Shown: one piece after another, positions 38,983 to 51,114 of the stretch | Layout of the letters: each line of letters starts with the position of its first letter | Position numbering within the stretch: the first letter of the stretch is position 1 | Assembly: GCA_964016885.1 (NCBI GenBank) | Contig: OZ024743.1 | Coordinates: forward strand, 343,170,001-343,234,000 | Source of the DNA: Eledone cirrhosa | Taxonomy: Eukaryota | DNA: 64,000 nt | Direction of reading: 5' to 3' | The notes under the pieces: model-generated | What the model was told of the DNA's origin: nothing | What the model saw: only the letters and a program-made list of their open reading frames with translations | Databases searched by the model: none | Program-made: the position numbers and the translations under genes

Positions 38983-39369
38983 TATTTTGGTGGGTTATAT
39001 TACAAATATTTTTCCTCACTAAAATTTGATTTCTCTTGTTTTTTTGCAGAAAATTTGAACTCTGAACTGGAGGTTTAAGTACAAATTGACAATCACAGCG
39101 ATAAATTATTTGCAACAGAAATGGAGAGGTAGAAATCTGATGAGGGTTTCTCAATGAAATAAAGTAGTTTCTATATTTCCTTGCTGTTGTTTCTTGTTTG
39201 AATTATTACATGATAGCAGAAAAACCGCCCTTCGGCCAGTTTTCTGCTAGCATATGTAGTGTGTTTATTGGTATTATACGCAAATATATATATGTAAATT
39301 GAAATGTAAATTGACAATATTTTTTTCTTCTTCGCCCACTTATTTCTGAGAGGGTCGTGGGGGCAGAGT

Positions 39370-39935
39370 CCTTCTCAAACACTCCTTCCAGCGAGTCTGT
39401 CAGAAGCAAACATCTCTAACTGATGCAGCTGGATCCCAAAGCGTGACCAGCCAAGCTCAGGGTCTACCTCTGGGTCTCTTGCCGGTTGGTTTTGCCTGTA
39501 AAATGTGTCCAGCGATTCTTTACTGAGACATTATAACCACATGCTTATAATATCGGAGTTGTGATCTCTCAATTCGGAGAAGTAGCGACTCTACCAGGAG
39601 TGACTCTCTGGTCTCTGAGTTATGCACTTTATCGAGTAACGTTACTCCAAAGACCCTTCGGAGGAATCCAATTTCTGCCGCTTTTATTTGCAATTGTATT
39701 CTTTTAGTCAAGATTCATGATCCTCAGTAAGAGTTGGAAGGAATACCAGGAAGACAGCGAGTTTGGCTTTTACACATACCCCCTTCTTCTGATTGCTAAA
39801 TGGTGGGGCTAGCGCATTACTACATCAGCTTTTGCAATTCTTGCACTTAATTCAGCATCCTGCATTCCATCACTCATGAACACGGCTCCAAGATACTTGA
39901 ACTTCTCTAACTGCTTCAGTAGAACTCCATACACA
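39370..39935 (-). mobile_element. RTE LINE 3' fragment
   Basis: IKAAEIGFLRRVFGVTLLDKVHNSETRESL..RSQLRYY. Confidence 0.8.
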
Positions 39936-40174
39936 TGTATATACATTTGAGGGATTTCTGTCCACCCGTCCATCACACAATGTGTTTATGTGACATCATC
40001 ATTCTCATCACCATCATGTGTTTATGTGTTTGTGTGAATGTATGTGTGTGTAAAAGGAAGGAAAGGGATACACACATATATGTCTCTAACTTAAAAACAG
40101 TGACGCACACACACCTACATGTCTCTAATTTAAGAACATCGACAAACTCGCGCGTGCACATACACACACTGTCC

Positions 40175-40630
40175 TATTACCACTCAAGAGCTTTGGCCCA
40201 GGCAAACATCCCCTCAATTTTGGAACCGTCTGGGTTGTCCTGAATTGATGGGAAAAGACTTGATGGTCTTACTCTGTGCTCCTGGTCAAGAGGCAGGTGC
40301 CTTACCTGGGACGTCACAATTAGTGACTCATTTGCTTCTTCCCACATCCTGCATGCAGCGGTAAGGGGGAGAGCTACAGCATCCGCAGCTGAACGGAACA
40401 AAATCCTAAAATACCGTGTTCTGTCAGCTAACTACATTATCCAGCCTGTGGCATTCGAGATGTTTGGGGGAGTCGGGCTACTGACAGCGAGGTTCTTATC
40501 TTCACTGGCGGCTCGCCAAGCAGAGGTAACTGGTGATGCTCGTGAAGGCACTTGGTTATTCCAGCACCTCAGCCTCGCCATTACCCCAGGTAACGCCGCG
40601 AGCGTGCTGGTTTGCCTCAAAAATTATTAG
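40175..40630 (+). mobile_element. CRE-clade retrotransposon endonuclease region
   Basis: LEPSGL..DGKRLDGLTL..WDVTISD..AERNKILKY..PVAFEMFG..LFQHLSLAITPGNAASVL. Confidence 0.8.
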
Positions 40631-41562
40631 AGAGGTTTCCCACTGCTCCTGGCTATATTGCTACATTGCTATATTTTGCTCTGGCAGCGTCTCTTTTTTC
40701 CATTCTTTCGCCTGCATATTGTTCTATGGGGTCTAAGATGTGGGTATTACGTGCTTGTGTATTTTTTCTCTTTCATTTTTCCTTTCCCTTTCCTTTGTAT
40801 ATATTATATTTGTTAGTGTTTTCGTTCTGTAATTATTACATTAATTTTTTATATAAATGAGTTTAAAAAAAAAAAAAAATAGTTAAACTGTGTTTTTAAA
40901 TAAAAAGTTGTACTTTTACCCTCCCATTTCCAATTCACCGAACGCTATCATGACTGTATGTGTGTGTTTGCGTGAATGTGTATTTGGGTGAATGTATGTA
41001 TGTGTTTGTGTGAAAGTATGTGTATTTGTGTGAATGGGACGTCACAGTTAGTGACTCTTGCTTCTTCCCATATCTTGGATGCAGCGGTAAGGGTGAAAGC
41101 TATAGCATATGTGTTTTACCCGCCCATTTCCAATTCACCGAATACTATCATGACTGTATGTGTGTGTTTGTGTAAATGTATGTGTAAATGTTTGTGTGTG
41201 AATGTATGTGTATTTATCTGAATGAATGTCCGTGAGTTTGTGTTTGCGCGATTATAGTTATATACTCATACATATAGATGTATGTATGTGCACAATCATA
41301 CGCGTCAGCGTGTAGAAAGTCATAATAACTCTCTCTCATCACAAACTCTCTCTTTCTATATATATATGGTAGTTGAAGTGATGGTGGTGGCGACGATATA
41401 CTGGAAGTCAATTTTAAATTATCTATAAATACGAAATTTAGTATATAAATTATGTAATATTCATTCATTATTTATTCAAAGCAATCGAACTTATTTTACA
41501 AACGGGATAAAAAAAAATTTATTCTGGATGCAGTCCCGCACTCCTTACTTTATTATAGCTTA

Positions 41563-41981
41563 TACTAGCAGAATGGCCCGGCGTTGCTCGGGATTCTAAA
41601 CATATGTATCCCTCCTTTCTGAAAGTTTCGTCGTATGTTCACCAATTGATGCAGAAGTCCTAATAAAAAGTGAAGTCGCCTTGGGTGAATAGGCAAATAA
41701 TTTTCCATTGAGATTTTTCAAAAGCATGTAATTGCGTTCTCTTTCTTTTTTTGTTGGTGTTTTTGCTGCTGTCGAGCCTCGTGAAATAAATACGTTTGTT
41801 TATATTTTGTTATTGTGTATGCAAAAATATCTGTACACGAATATATATATATATATATATTAAAATAACAGATTAAAGTTAGTTTAAGTGAAGAATCGCT
41901 GCTTTCACCCTTAACGGGATCTTCTGAAACTAAAATATTCGATCTGTGAACGCAGAAGTAAATATTTCGAAAAACGTTATA

Positions 41982-42046
<65 letters not shown>

Positions 42047-42367
42047 CACACACACACTATATATACATATACACACAGAGATAGCGAAGTCAATGTCGTA
42101 ATGCAGACAGTAAGACATACAGACAGACAGATATTATACGGGCGCGACGTATTAGCTATGTATCTATCTAAAAAGTCAGACTAAGAAAGATAGAGAGATC
42201 GCTAAACGGCGCCTAATGCGGTCCCTAGGGCATTAAAAATTTGAAATTTTTTTGCTTAAAACACTCACACCACCATAAGTATTACATGTGTAAAAATCGG
42301 TTTGGCGGTTCTCGAGTTTTAGGGAGTCAGACAGACAGACAGACATTCTCTGTTTTATATATATATA
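41563..42367 (+). mobile_element. Non-autonomous Helitron/Helentron-type element (Lep1/DINE-like) with internal insertions
   Basis: 5' tactagc..cccggcgttgctcggg hairpin; 3' aaaatcgg..cggttctcgagttt..(GACA)n..ttttatatatata. Confidence 0.55.
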
Positions 42368-42540
42368 ACCAAAGATTAATATGGTTCATTGATTACTCAA
42401 TGAATATAGTTTTACAATAGATTAAAAGCACTCTACAAAAAAGTTTTCTGGAGTGATTAATATTATTCAGAATATTAATAAATTAAGACAATACTGGAAT
42501 TGAACTATCAAGACCGTTGAGGTATGTCATACATCAATTC

Positions 42541-42610
42541 ATGTATTTTATCTGACGAGGACGTACTGAAAAAACAACACAGTACCTTCGAAATATATAT
42601 AATAAAACAT
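42541..42610 (+). ncRNA. Minimal type I hammerhead motif (PLE type)
   Basis: atgtattttat-CTGACGA-g..gtactg/cagtac..c-GAAA-tatataTA-ataaaacat; stems I and II both pair. Confidence 0.65.
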
Positions 42611-42669
42611 ATATTTTGATTATGTGAATTTCTTCATTTATTAATATTCTGAATAATATATATATATTT

Positions 42670-42817
42670 CTCAAGATCACATATAGAAGTTATGGACCCA
42701 ACATCCTTATCGGTCTGCTCTTCAGACTGGTGATTCACTGCATTTTTGTTGAATCACTAGTTTGAAGCTCAGGTCGATAATGGAGTTGGGTCCATAATTT
42801 CTATGGGTGACCTTGAG
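42670..42817. repeat. About 148-nt imperfect hairpin
   Basis: ctcaagatcac..ttatggacccaac..gtgattca / tgaatcac..gttgggtccataa..gtgaccttgag. Confidence 0.8.
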
Positions 42818-43560
42818 TCAATCCTCTGCAAAACGCGTGTAACAAGTCAATTCACAAGTCGATGAGTGTATAAGAATTTTCATAAAATCGTAGGAATCTC
42901 AAATGCGGAAGTAGATGAAATCAGCCAGCTGATATTATGCATAGAAAAATTTACATTAAAATATAGCCTCATACTCATAAAAACGGAAGAATGGGGAGAG
43001 ATGGAGGGAGAATAAAAGAGAATATGATGAGAAATGAGAGAAGTTATAGAGAGAAAGAAGAGAAGAAGAACAGGAATGAGAACGATAGAGCAATTTTTGT
43101 TTGTTTTGTTTTCTAGAATTACCAAAGAAAGAAAAAAATACAGAAAAAACAATGGAGAAAGGATGAAGATGTAAACCAAATAGAAACAAAGAACGATAGC
43201 GTCGTAATCACTTCATCAGCTTACTTCTAACCAACATGATTTTGCGCGGGGGAAAGGAAGTACCATGTATTTAAGGTTTCGTAATTCTCCCCCAAAACAA
43301 TTTTGCTCCATCATTCTCATTCCCGCTTTTCTTCTCTTCTCTCTCTACATATATACTTCTCTCATTTCTTATCATATGCTTTAGACTCTCTTTATTCTAA
43401 AGTTCATGCATGAATGTATTTGGTCATCTACTAAAAACGTTGTATTGCATCCATTTTTAATATTCTTGCTTTCCTCATGCGGTGGTTTCTGGGAAAGCAT
43501 TTGTTATAATGTTTTGCTAAGGAAACTCTGTGTATGAAAAAATATGTTGATGAACCGTAA

Positions 43561-43591
<31 letters not shown>

Positions 43592-43625
43592 CATACATAC
43601 ATACATACATACATACATACATACA

Positions 43626-45549
43626 GTCGTGGTGTGGCTGGACTATCAAAAAACATTTGATAGTGTACCTCATGGGTGGATTGTTAAGGCTTTACAGTTA
43701 ACCAAAGTCCCACAACCACTGGTAGCTGCTGTTGAACGTCTGACCAAGAACTGGTACACCAATTTGATCCTTAGAAGTGAGAAGGGCAAGTTAAGACTGA
43801 TAAGATACATTACCAGAAGGGCATCTTTCAGGGTGATAGCTTGTCAGTGCTACTCTTCGTTCTCTCACTAAATCCACTATCTTACCTACTCAGGAAACAA
43901 GGTGGACAAAGAAGTGGGTCCAGAAGTATCTCCCATCTTTTCTTTGTTGATGACCTGAAGTTGTATGGGCCAAATATCAATGACATCAAGAAACAATTGG
44001 ACTTCATTACACAATTTTCAACAGACATCAAAATGAAATTTGGTGTGTCCAAGTGTGCATATTTGGAAGTAAAACGTGGAAGAGCTGTGCCCTCCTCTAG
44101 AAATCTAGAGATGAACGGCCTGACAATACAACCTCTACAGTCAGGTGACAACTACAGATATCTTGGACAGGGTGAGAATGTCAGATATGATGGACCCATA
44201 AATAAGGAGAGAACCAGAACTGAATACCTCAGAAGAGTAAAGAAAATATGGTCATCAGAACTGTCAGCGTACAACAAGTACATTGCCCACAATACTTATG
44301 CTGTGCCAATTCTAACGCCAACATTTGGCCTGCTGAACTGGTCATTGCAAGAACTAAGTGAGATGGATGTTAGAACTCGCAAACTTCTCAGTGTTACTGG
44401 GAACTTTAACATCAATGGTGATGTGGATAGGCTATACTTCTCACGCAAGGAAGGTGGCCGGGGTCTAAAATCCATATTAACATCATGAGACTCGGATAGT
44501 AACACTGAAGCAACATCTTCAACAGAGGAAAAAGGTTGGCAACCATCTTGCCCAGGTTTATGAGCATGAAGAAAAAAATATCATTAGGATAGCCACTGAT
44601 CTGGAGAAGAGATATGGAATAAAGCCTGATATAAATCTCTCACCCAGAGAAATCGGGAGATCCTATTCAATGTTCAAACAAGATAAAAAAATTGACCAAT
44701 TTACAGAAAAAGTTGTGCATGGATACTGAGACGTAAAACTCAGGCCATAGAGGGGATAAACCACTCAAAAAGCCTGGCATGGAGTTCCGACAAGTTTATG
44801 ACATCACACCTTGAGGGATATCTCTATGCAATACAGAAACAAGAACTCCCTACCAAATATCTGCTGCACAAAAGGGGAGGGCCATCAGCTGACAATAAAT
44901 GTAGGCTATGTAAAACAAAGATCGAGGATGTAAGCCACATTGTTGCCAGCTGCGAAAGAATGTCATCTCGCTACTACCTCCCATGAGACACGATGGGATA
45001 GCTAGAACCATCTGGAACGCACTTCGGAAAACAAAATTAACAACAAACGAGGAAGAATATATTGAGACAGATGGCACTAAGGAATACTGGTGGAACCTGA
45101 AAATAAAAACTGCCACCAAATTAAAGCACAACCGGCCTGATATTGTTGTTTGGGACCACACATTGAAAACGTGTTCTGTTGTGGAGATCAGCTGCCCACT
45201 TGATGTAAACGTTGTCAGAAAAATACAGGAAGAGGACATCTACGGACCATTGATGAAGAGTTTACAAATCCAGTATCCAGGATACACCTTTAGCTTCATA
45301 CCCATCATTATTGGAGCTACGGGTTATATACCAACCCGCTTGGACCAAAGTATGACTGAACTTGGATTTGCGGACAAAGAGCGCAGCTCCCTAATTCATA
45401 GTTTACAAATGGCTGCGATAGCTGACACCTTCAAAATTTGAAAAACATTCTTGCGATTCAAGGGATAACAATTTCTTTTCTTTTACAACCTTGCCACCAG
45501 GAAGGTGGCCGGTCAAAAAAATATACTCGAAATTAAGAGAAAGAGAGAA
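43626..45549 (+). mobile_element. R4/Dong-clade retrotransposon family B (5' truncated, degenerate)
   Basis: WLDYQKTFDSVPH, LFFVDDLKLY, YRYLG, CRLC..H..SC, RHD, HNRPDI, EISCP; (CATA)n 5' (43562-43625) and 3' (45550-45560). Confidence 0.93.
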
Positions 45550-45985
45550 CATACATACATGTCATAACTGTTCATCATATATTTTCTGACCATCAGACAT
45601 GTTGTAGCATGAAAGGAAGAAAGAAGTATACATGTTGTTTTATGGTTCTATTTTCTATCTTTATATATGGTTCCTGTTTAATTAAATAATTAGTATGGTC
45701 TCCTCTTATCATTTAAACCGAAAAACTGTTCTTTCATTGATCGTAATAGAGGAGCTATCTCTTATCTTGATCACGAAGCAGATAACTTTAAATATACAAT
45801 AAGGCTGCTTTCTGATATCAGGTCGTTTGATTATTGTGTAATGGATATTTCATTAGTAGTAAATACAAGTTCGTTCGTTTTTGCTTGTTTGTTAATTTGT
45901 TGTTGTTGTTGTTTTCTTATATGCTTAAATGAAGTGTATAAACCACTCTAAGCAAAAGTTTTCTTCCATTCTTTTATTCGTATAT

Positions 45986-46181
45986 CAAACCTGCCAACCC
46001 CTAAAAACCCAAACGGGGAGTGCCATGAAAAAAAATGCCCCAAAACGGGGAGAAATGAGGCAAAATGTGGGTATTTTACATAATGAAAGCTATACCCATT
46101 TACACAAGAGAAGACATCTCTCGCCCACCCCCAAAGTGGGTGGGTGATCTCCCCGTCGGACGGGGAGATTTGACAGGTCTG
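45986..46181 (+). mobile_element. About 196-bp MITE with 6-bp TSD
   Basis: TIRs caaacctgccaa / ttgacaggtctg; GTATAT on both flanks. Confidence 0.8.
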
Positions 46182-48351
46182 GTATATTCTTCTACCGGTT
46201 TCAAACATTGGACTGAAGTCATGTTGGACCTCCAACTTCAAGGATAATCCATTATATTGACCCCAGTCAGATACTATGTCTGCTACTTACCTTATGAATT
46301 TCGTAAGGGAGAAAAAAGCAAGAACTGCTTACAATTTTCTTCTGAAGCTTGCTGTATTAAAAAAACAATATGGACGTCACAAGCGGCGGCTTGGGAAACA
46401 AAACTTTTATTAATGTAATTTCGTGACATTTTTTTCTATAATAAACCTATGTTTATTCTTGCCCTCATTTTGTGACTGTTTTGTTTATACTTACTCTGTT
46501 AGATTGCTTTAATCGTTTTTGTTGCTTAATTTCCCCTGTGGTGTTATTATTATTTTTAAGATATCTAGGACATGGACCGGGAGAATCGTTAGAGCGTCGG
46601 ACTAAATGCCTTATGGTATTTGTTCTGGGTCAATTTTGCCTGTCATCCTTCGACATTCTCCATCAAGTTACTAGCTTTGTGTTAAAATTAGAAACAACTA
46701 GGCGGGGGGGGGGGGATATTTAATGAAAAAGCTGATGTTAAAAATGAAGTAGTTCAGGTGTTTTGTGACAGGAGGTATCATTTGGAGAAAAGAACTTAAT
46801 AAATTTGATTGATTTATATTAAAATCGAATAAAACGTTTATTTCATGTTTCATCTGTGTTTATATATTCAAAATGTTTTCCTTTCTCATAATATTTCTCA
46901 GTATATTAGGCCTTATACTTGAGTCTTTGGGGCATACAATCAAGATTTGCCCCGAACATCACTAGAGGTCTGCACGCCGCTGCTTTGGACTAGTAGTTCA
47001 AGCATATTCTGGTAAGTGAATCTTTTGTTATAGGGTTCCGAACAAATATTATAGATCTTTTAGATTTTCTGTCCCCTGCTTCAGTTTATATATCTCCATG
47101 GAGATTTTTAGTGTATGAATATCTCTAAAGTTAACAAGACTGATACAAAGCGCACGTTTTATTCATACTGAATATGGTCCAGTAACCTAGAACTCTGCTC
47201 TTGTCAGTCACACACATTAACATTCTGTACAATAACCAATGAGGGAGCCTCCATGTGGTCACTCGATCTGCTAGCAATAACAGAAACCTTTCCCTCAACT
47301 CCTACACCCAGTGTCTTAAAGAAAGAAAAAACATTGGATAATGTATCATAAAAATAAAAAGACAGAGTGGCCACAGCTGGACTGCTTCTTATCATTGGTC
47401 TGCTTGATTACAGCTGACCTAGGGCTAGCAACATCCTCAACTTGTAATGAAAGTAGCTTCTAAGCGGTCGTTCAATCTGCTTAAAACAGCAGCCAAATCT
47501 CCCTTAAACCACATTCTACCAATTTACAGAAAAAGGCACATTTGGTAGTGTGGCCCTGGGTACAATGTATATGGGAAAAAGACGGAATTATCATGAACAT
47601 ATGCCCATTTAATCAGGATTGACATATGGAGGGGGTTAAACAACATTAACAACAACAATAATATTCTGAATCACATCAAAAGAAAAGGCCACCTTCAGTG
47701 TCCACTGCACAACAACTAGGTCCCTGATAAGGTAGTGTTGTATTCTCTAGTTCTACACCTTCCACCACTATTGCAATGGTATACGTTTCTCTGAGTTCGC
47801 AAACTGTACACCTTTATCATCTCTATCTTATTCATCTTCCTCTCATCACTCAAAATCTGTCTCACTTTATATTCATCTGGCTCTTGAGTGCCTTTAGCGG
47901 AGTCTACTGCAAACCTTAGCACCATGTTTTCGATTTAAAGAAACCTCCCCTCTTTCTTTACCATTGAGCTTAGGTGTACTTAAGCACAGGGCTCCGTTAG
48001 CCAGGAGGGGGCTCATCTTCCTGCCAAAAAATTGTTTACGATGAATTTTTCAAATGTAAGGGGCCTCATAACTTAAGTAGCATAGGGCATCATTTGTCCT
48101 AAATCCGGCACTGCTTCGAGGCCCCACAAAAAAGAGTTGTGAGCATTGCCCTTCCTTCCTTAACTGAAAAATCTTTCACCTAGTGCTCTTCCCAATCGTC
48201 TCTCCTTAAAACTGCAAACTTCAGAAAATGTCTGGCATCACATGTTTTTCAGCAATTCCAGCGTCATAGCCACTCTCTCACATACGGTAATATCGTGAGT
48301 GTCTTGGCTTGCCTAAAAACTTTTTAGGGAAAAACACAAGCATTCCTTATT

Positions 48352-48547
48352 CAGACCTACCAACCTCTAAAAACTTAAACGGGGAGTACCGTGAAAAAAA
48401 GTGCCCCAAAAACGGAGAGAAATGAGACAAAATGGGGAGATTTTACATAATGACAACTATACCCATTTTCACAAGAGAAGACATCTCTCACCTACCCCAA
48501 AGTGGGTAGAAGATCTCCCCGTCGGACGGGGAGAGTTGACAGGTCTG
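48352..48547 (+). mobile_element. Same MITE family
   Basis: cagacctaccaa..ttgacaggtctg; flanks cttatt / cttgtt. Confidence 0.8.
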
Positions 48548-48762
48548 CTTGTTGTGGTGGATAATTGAGTACACACCTCTTCTGTTTTCTATGAGGGGGC
48601 GGGCTCTTTTTTTTATTGAGGTTTCTTTTGTAAATCCTAAATATTATATCTTAGTGGTTAAGGAGTTCGCTTCGCAACCAGTAGGTACTTGGTTTAGTCC
48701 CACTGTGTGGCTATAGCCCGCCAGTTCCCAATGCGAGGGAAATTTGGTTGACAGCAAAAGCC

Positions 48763-50861
48763 TATAGCGAGATTACTGGTTGCATGAATGTAACAAAACG
48801 AGACAATGTTTGTGTATATAATATTTAATTAACGGTAGATAGAATACTTGACATGTCAAAGATAGATGTTAGAATGAAACAAAGTTAGTAGTTACCGTTT
48901 TGATTGCCAGGCAAACGCGGCTGGCAGAGGGCGCCTGGCTAAGGCCAGGCGCCTGTTGGCCAAATTAATGGCAGAGCCAAATGAGAAGACTCTTGACCTG
49001 GTGCCGAAAAGGCAAAGAGAGAGGAAGGAAGCTTAACGTTGTTAGTTTTATAGGGCTCTGACCGGAAGTTGCAGAAAGGGTTCCACTTCCCGTCTAGATC
49101 CCAATCAAAACAAGGGAGACAACCGCTACATAACCTCCCGCCAGAATTTTAGTGTATAAAAATCGAAATGAAAATATGTAGCAAGTTGGCGAGAATGTTG
49201 TAACAGGCATGAAAATTACGAAAGAATGTTTGGAAAAATCAATGATAGATATCAAGGTAGCCAACCGCTCTTGGCCAGAGAACGACTGGACATCCATCTA
49301 TCCATCACCCAAAGACACAATGTAATAAAGTAAAAGTAATAGAAGAGCTCAAAGCTCAAAATATAGTTCACAGGTGTGCAATCACATGACAGCAGGAAAG
49401 AAAGTGTGTTCCAGAGAATGAATGCAGGTGGTTTCTGTTCTGTGGTATATCGTGAAATTTCCAACCTCCGAATGGATTTTCTCACAGGAAGAGTGCTGCA
49501 AAAATGAATTCTCTGGCTTTGGTGAAGCTGTATTGATGTATTGCTGTTGCTGTTATATTGCTGTTGCTGCTGCTGTTGTCTCGCTGAGTGAGCGTATTCG
49601 GTGTTTAAATTCACAGTAAAAAATTTTTTTTTTTAGAAAAAAATGAGTTGCGCAAAGTGCTAGAAATAGCAGCCGAAGTTGATGGTCGATGTTGAGAATG
49701 CGTTGACCTGGAAGGGTCAAGAGGCCAGCGACCAGAGAAATAAGCATTCCCAATAAATGCGCGGTTATCAACGGTAAATTTACATTGTAAATTTATAAAC
49801 CGGCAAATAGAAGAATATAGCTTAAGGCTGAAGAATCCCTGGTGATAAATGGCGTGCGGCTGTCTGTGAGAAGAGACATCTCAGTGAATCGAGAATTTAT
49901 GCTGCCTACACGTGCCAATACAAGGTTGAAAAAAAAATATTTCTAACGCGCGAGAAAAAGATAGTGCAATTTTGAAAGTGACAATGATGAAAAAGAAAGG
50001 CTTCAATCAGCATAATTATAGGTGTGAACTTTGGAAAAAAACAAAAAACTTGAACGATGAAGAAAACGAAGAACAAAAGGCAATGGTTCATCGAAAATAA
50101 ATGTTCCTGTTGAAATGTTTTTTAAAGAATATCAAATTTCTTTTTTTTTTTGTGTTTTGAAAGAGTTCGTTGTAAGAAACGAGAAACATATATATATATC
50201 GTGAAATGTTTTTTTTTGTTTTGAAAGTGTTCGTTGTAAGAAACGAGAAACATATATATATATATTGGTGAAATGCGACAGTTAATTGATGCGTGAGAGA
50301 AAAAGTATGTCTGTGCGAATTCCACATGTGCGTGTGTGCGTGTCCTTGAGTATTTTCATAGTTTGTCGCTAAATTTGCTGTGTATTCGTAATGTTACTCA
50401 CAAAACCAGATGTGCTATTTTTTTCTTTTTTTTGGGGGGGTGACCCTTATAGCGATGAACGGCTGCGTGTTCGTATCACGTCGGGGTCACCAATATAGCG
50501 AGATTACTGGTTGCATGAATGTAACAAAACGAGACAATGTTTGTGTATATAATATTTAATTAACGGTAGATAGAATACTTGACATGTCAAAGATAGATGT
50601 TAGAATGAAACAAAGTTAGTAGTTACCGTTTTGATTGCCAGGCAAACGCGGCTGGCAGAGGGCGCCTGGCTAAGGCCAGGCGCCTGTTGGCCAAATTAAT
50701 GGCAGAGCCAAATGAGAAGACTCTTGACCTGGTGCCGAAAAGGCAAAGAGAGAGGAAGGAAGCTTAACGTTGTTAGTTTTATAGGGCTCTGACCGGAAGT
50801 TGCAGAAAGGGTTCCACTTCCCGTCTAGATCCCAATCAAAACAAGGGAGACAACCGCTACA
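48763..50861 (-). mobile_element. Non-autonomous LTR retroelement (Gypsy-type signals), 2099 bp, inserted in a SINE
   Basis: 368-bp LTRs at 48763-49130 and 50494-50861 with no differences seen; AGCC TSD; tRNA-Trp PBS; PPT ggcgggagg; TATA ctataaaa and attaaa on the minus strand; no coding ORF. Confidence 0.93.
50461..50492 (-). promoter_or_regulatory. Primer-binding site complementary to tRNA-Trp (extended)
   Basis: Minus strand TGGTGACCCCGACGTGAT starts 1 nt after the 5' LTR; tRNA similarity continues for 14 more nt. Confidence 0.88.
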
Positions 50862-51114
50862 AGCCCATCGTAAATGTGTGTATGTGACTGTGTGCGTGTG
50901 TGTGTGTGGTATGTACGTGCGCGCGTACGTATGTCCGTATCTGCATTTACGTTTGTGTCAACTACGGTTCGACAAAATAGAAAATGACCAGACTTGAAAA
51001 AATAAGAACTGGGGTCGATATGATCGACCAAAAAGAGGTAATGCCCCTCTATGACCGAAGTCTACTGACTGAAATAAATTAATTAATTAATGGAAAAAAT
51101 GTGTTATTATCATA

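Noticed and set aside
49252-49771. Short ORFs (poly-Q) inside the LTR element as gag or env
   Set aside because: No recognisable motifs; driven by (CAG/CAA) simple repeats.
50461-50492. tRNA-Trp gene
   Set aside because: Only the 3' part is present, it includes encoded CCA and it abuts an LTR, so it is a PBS.
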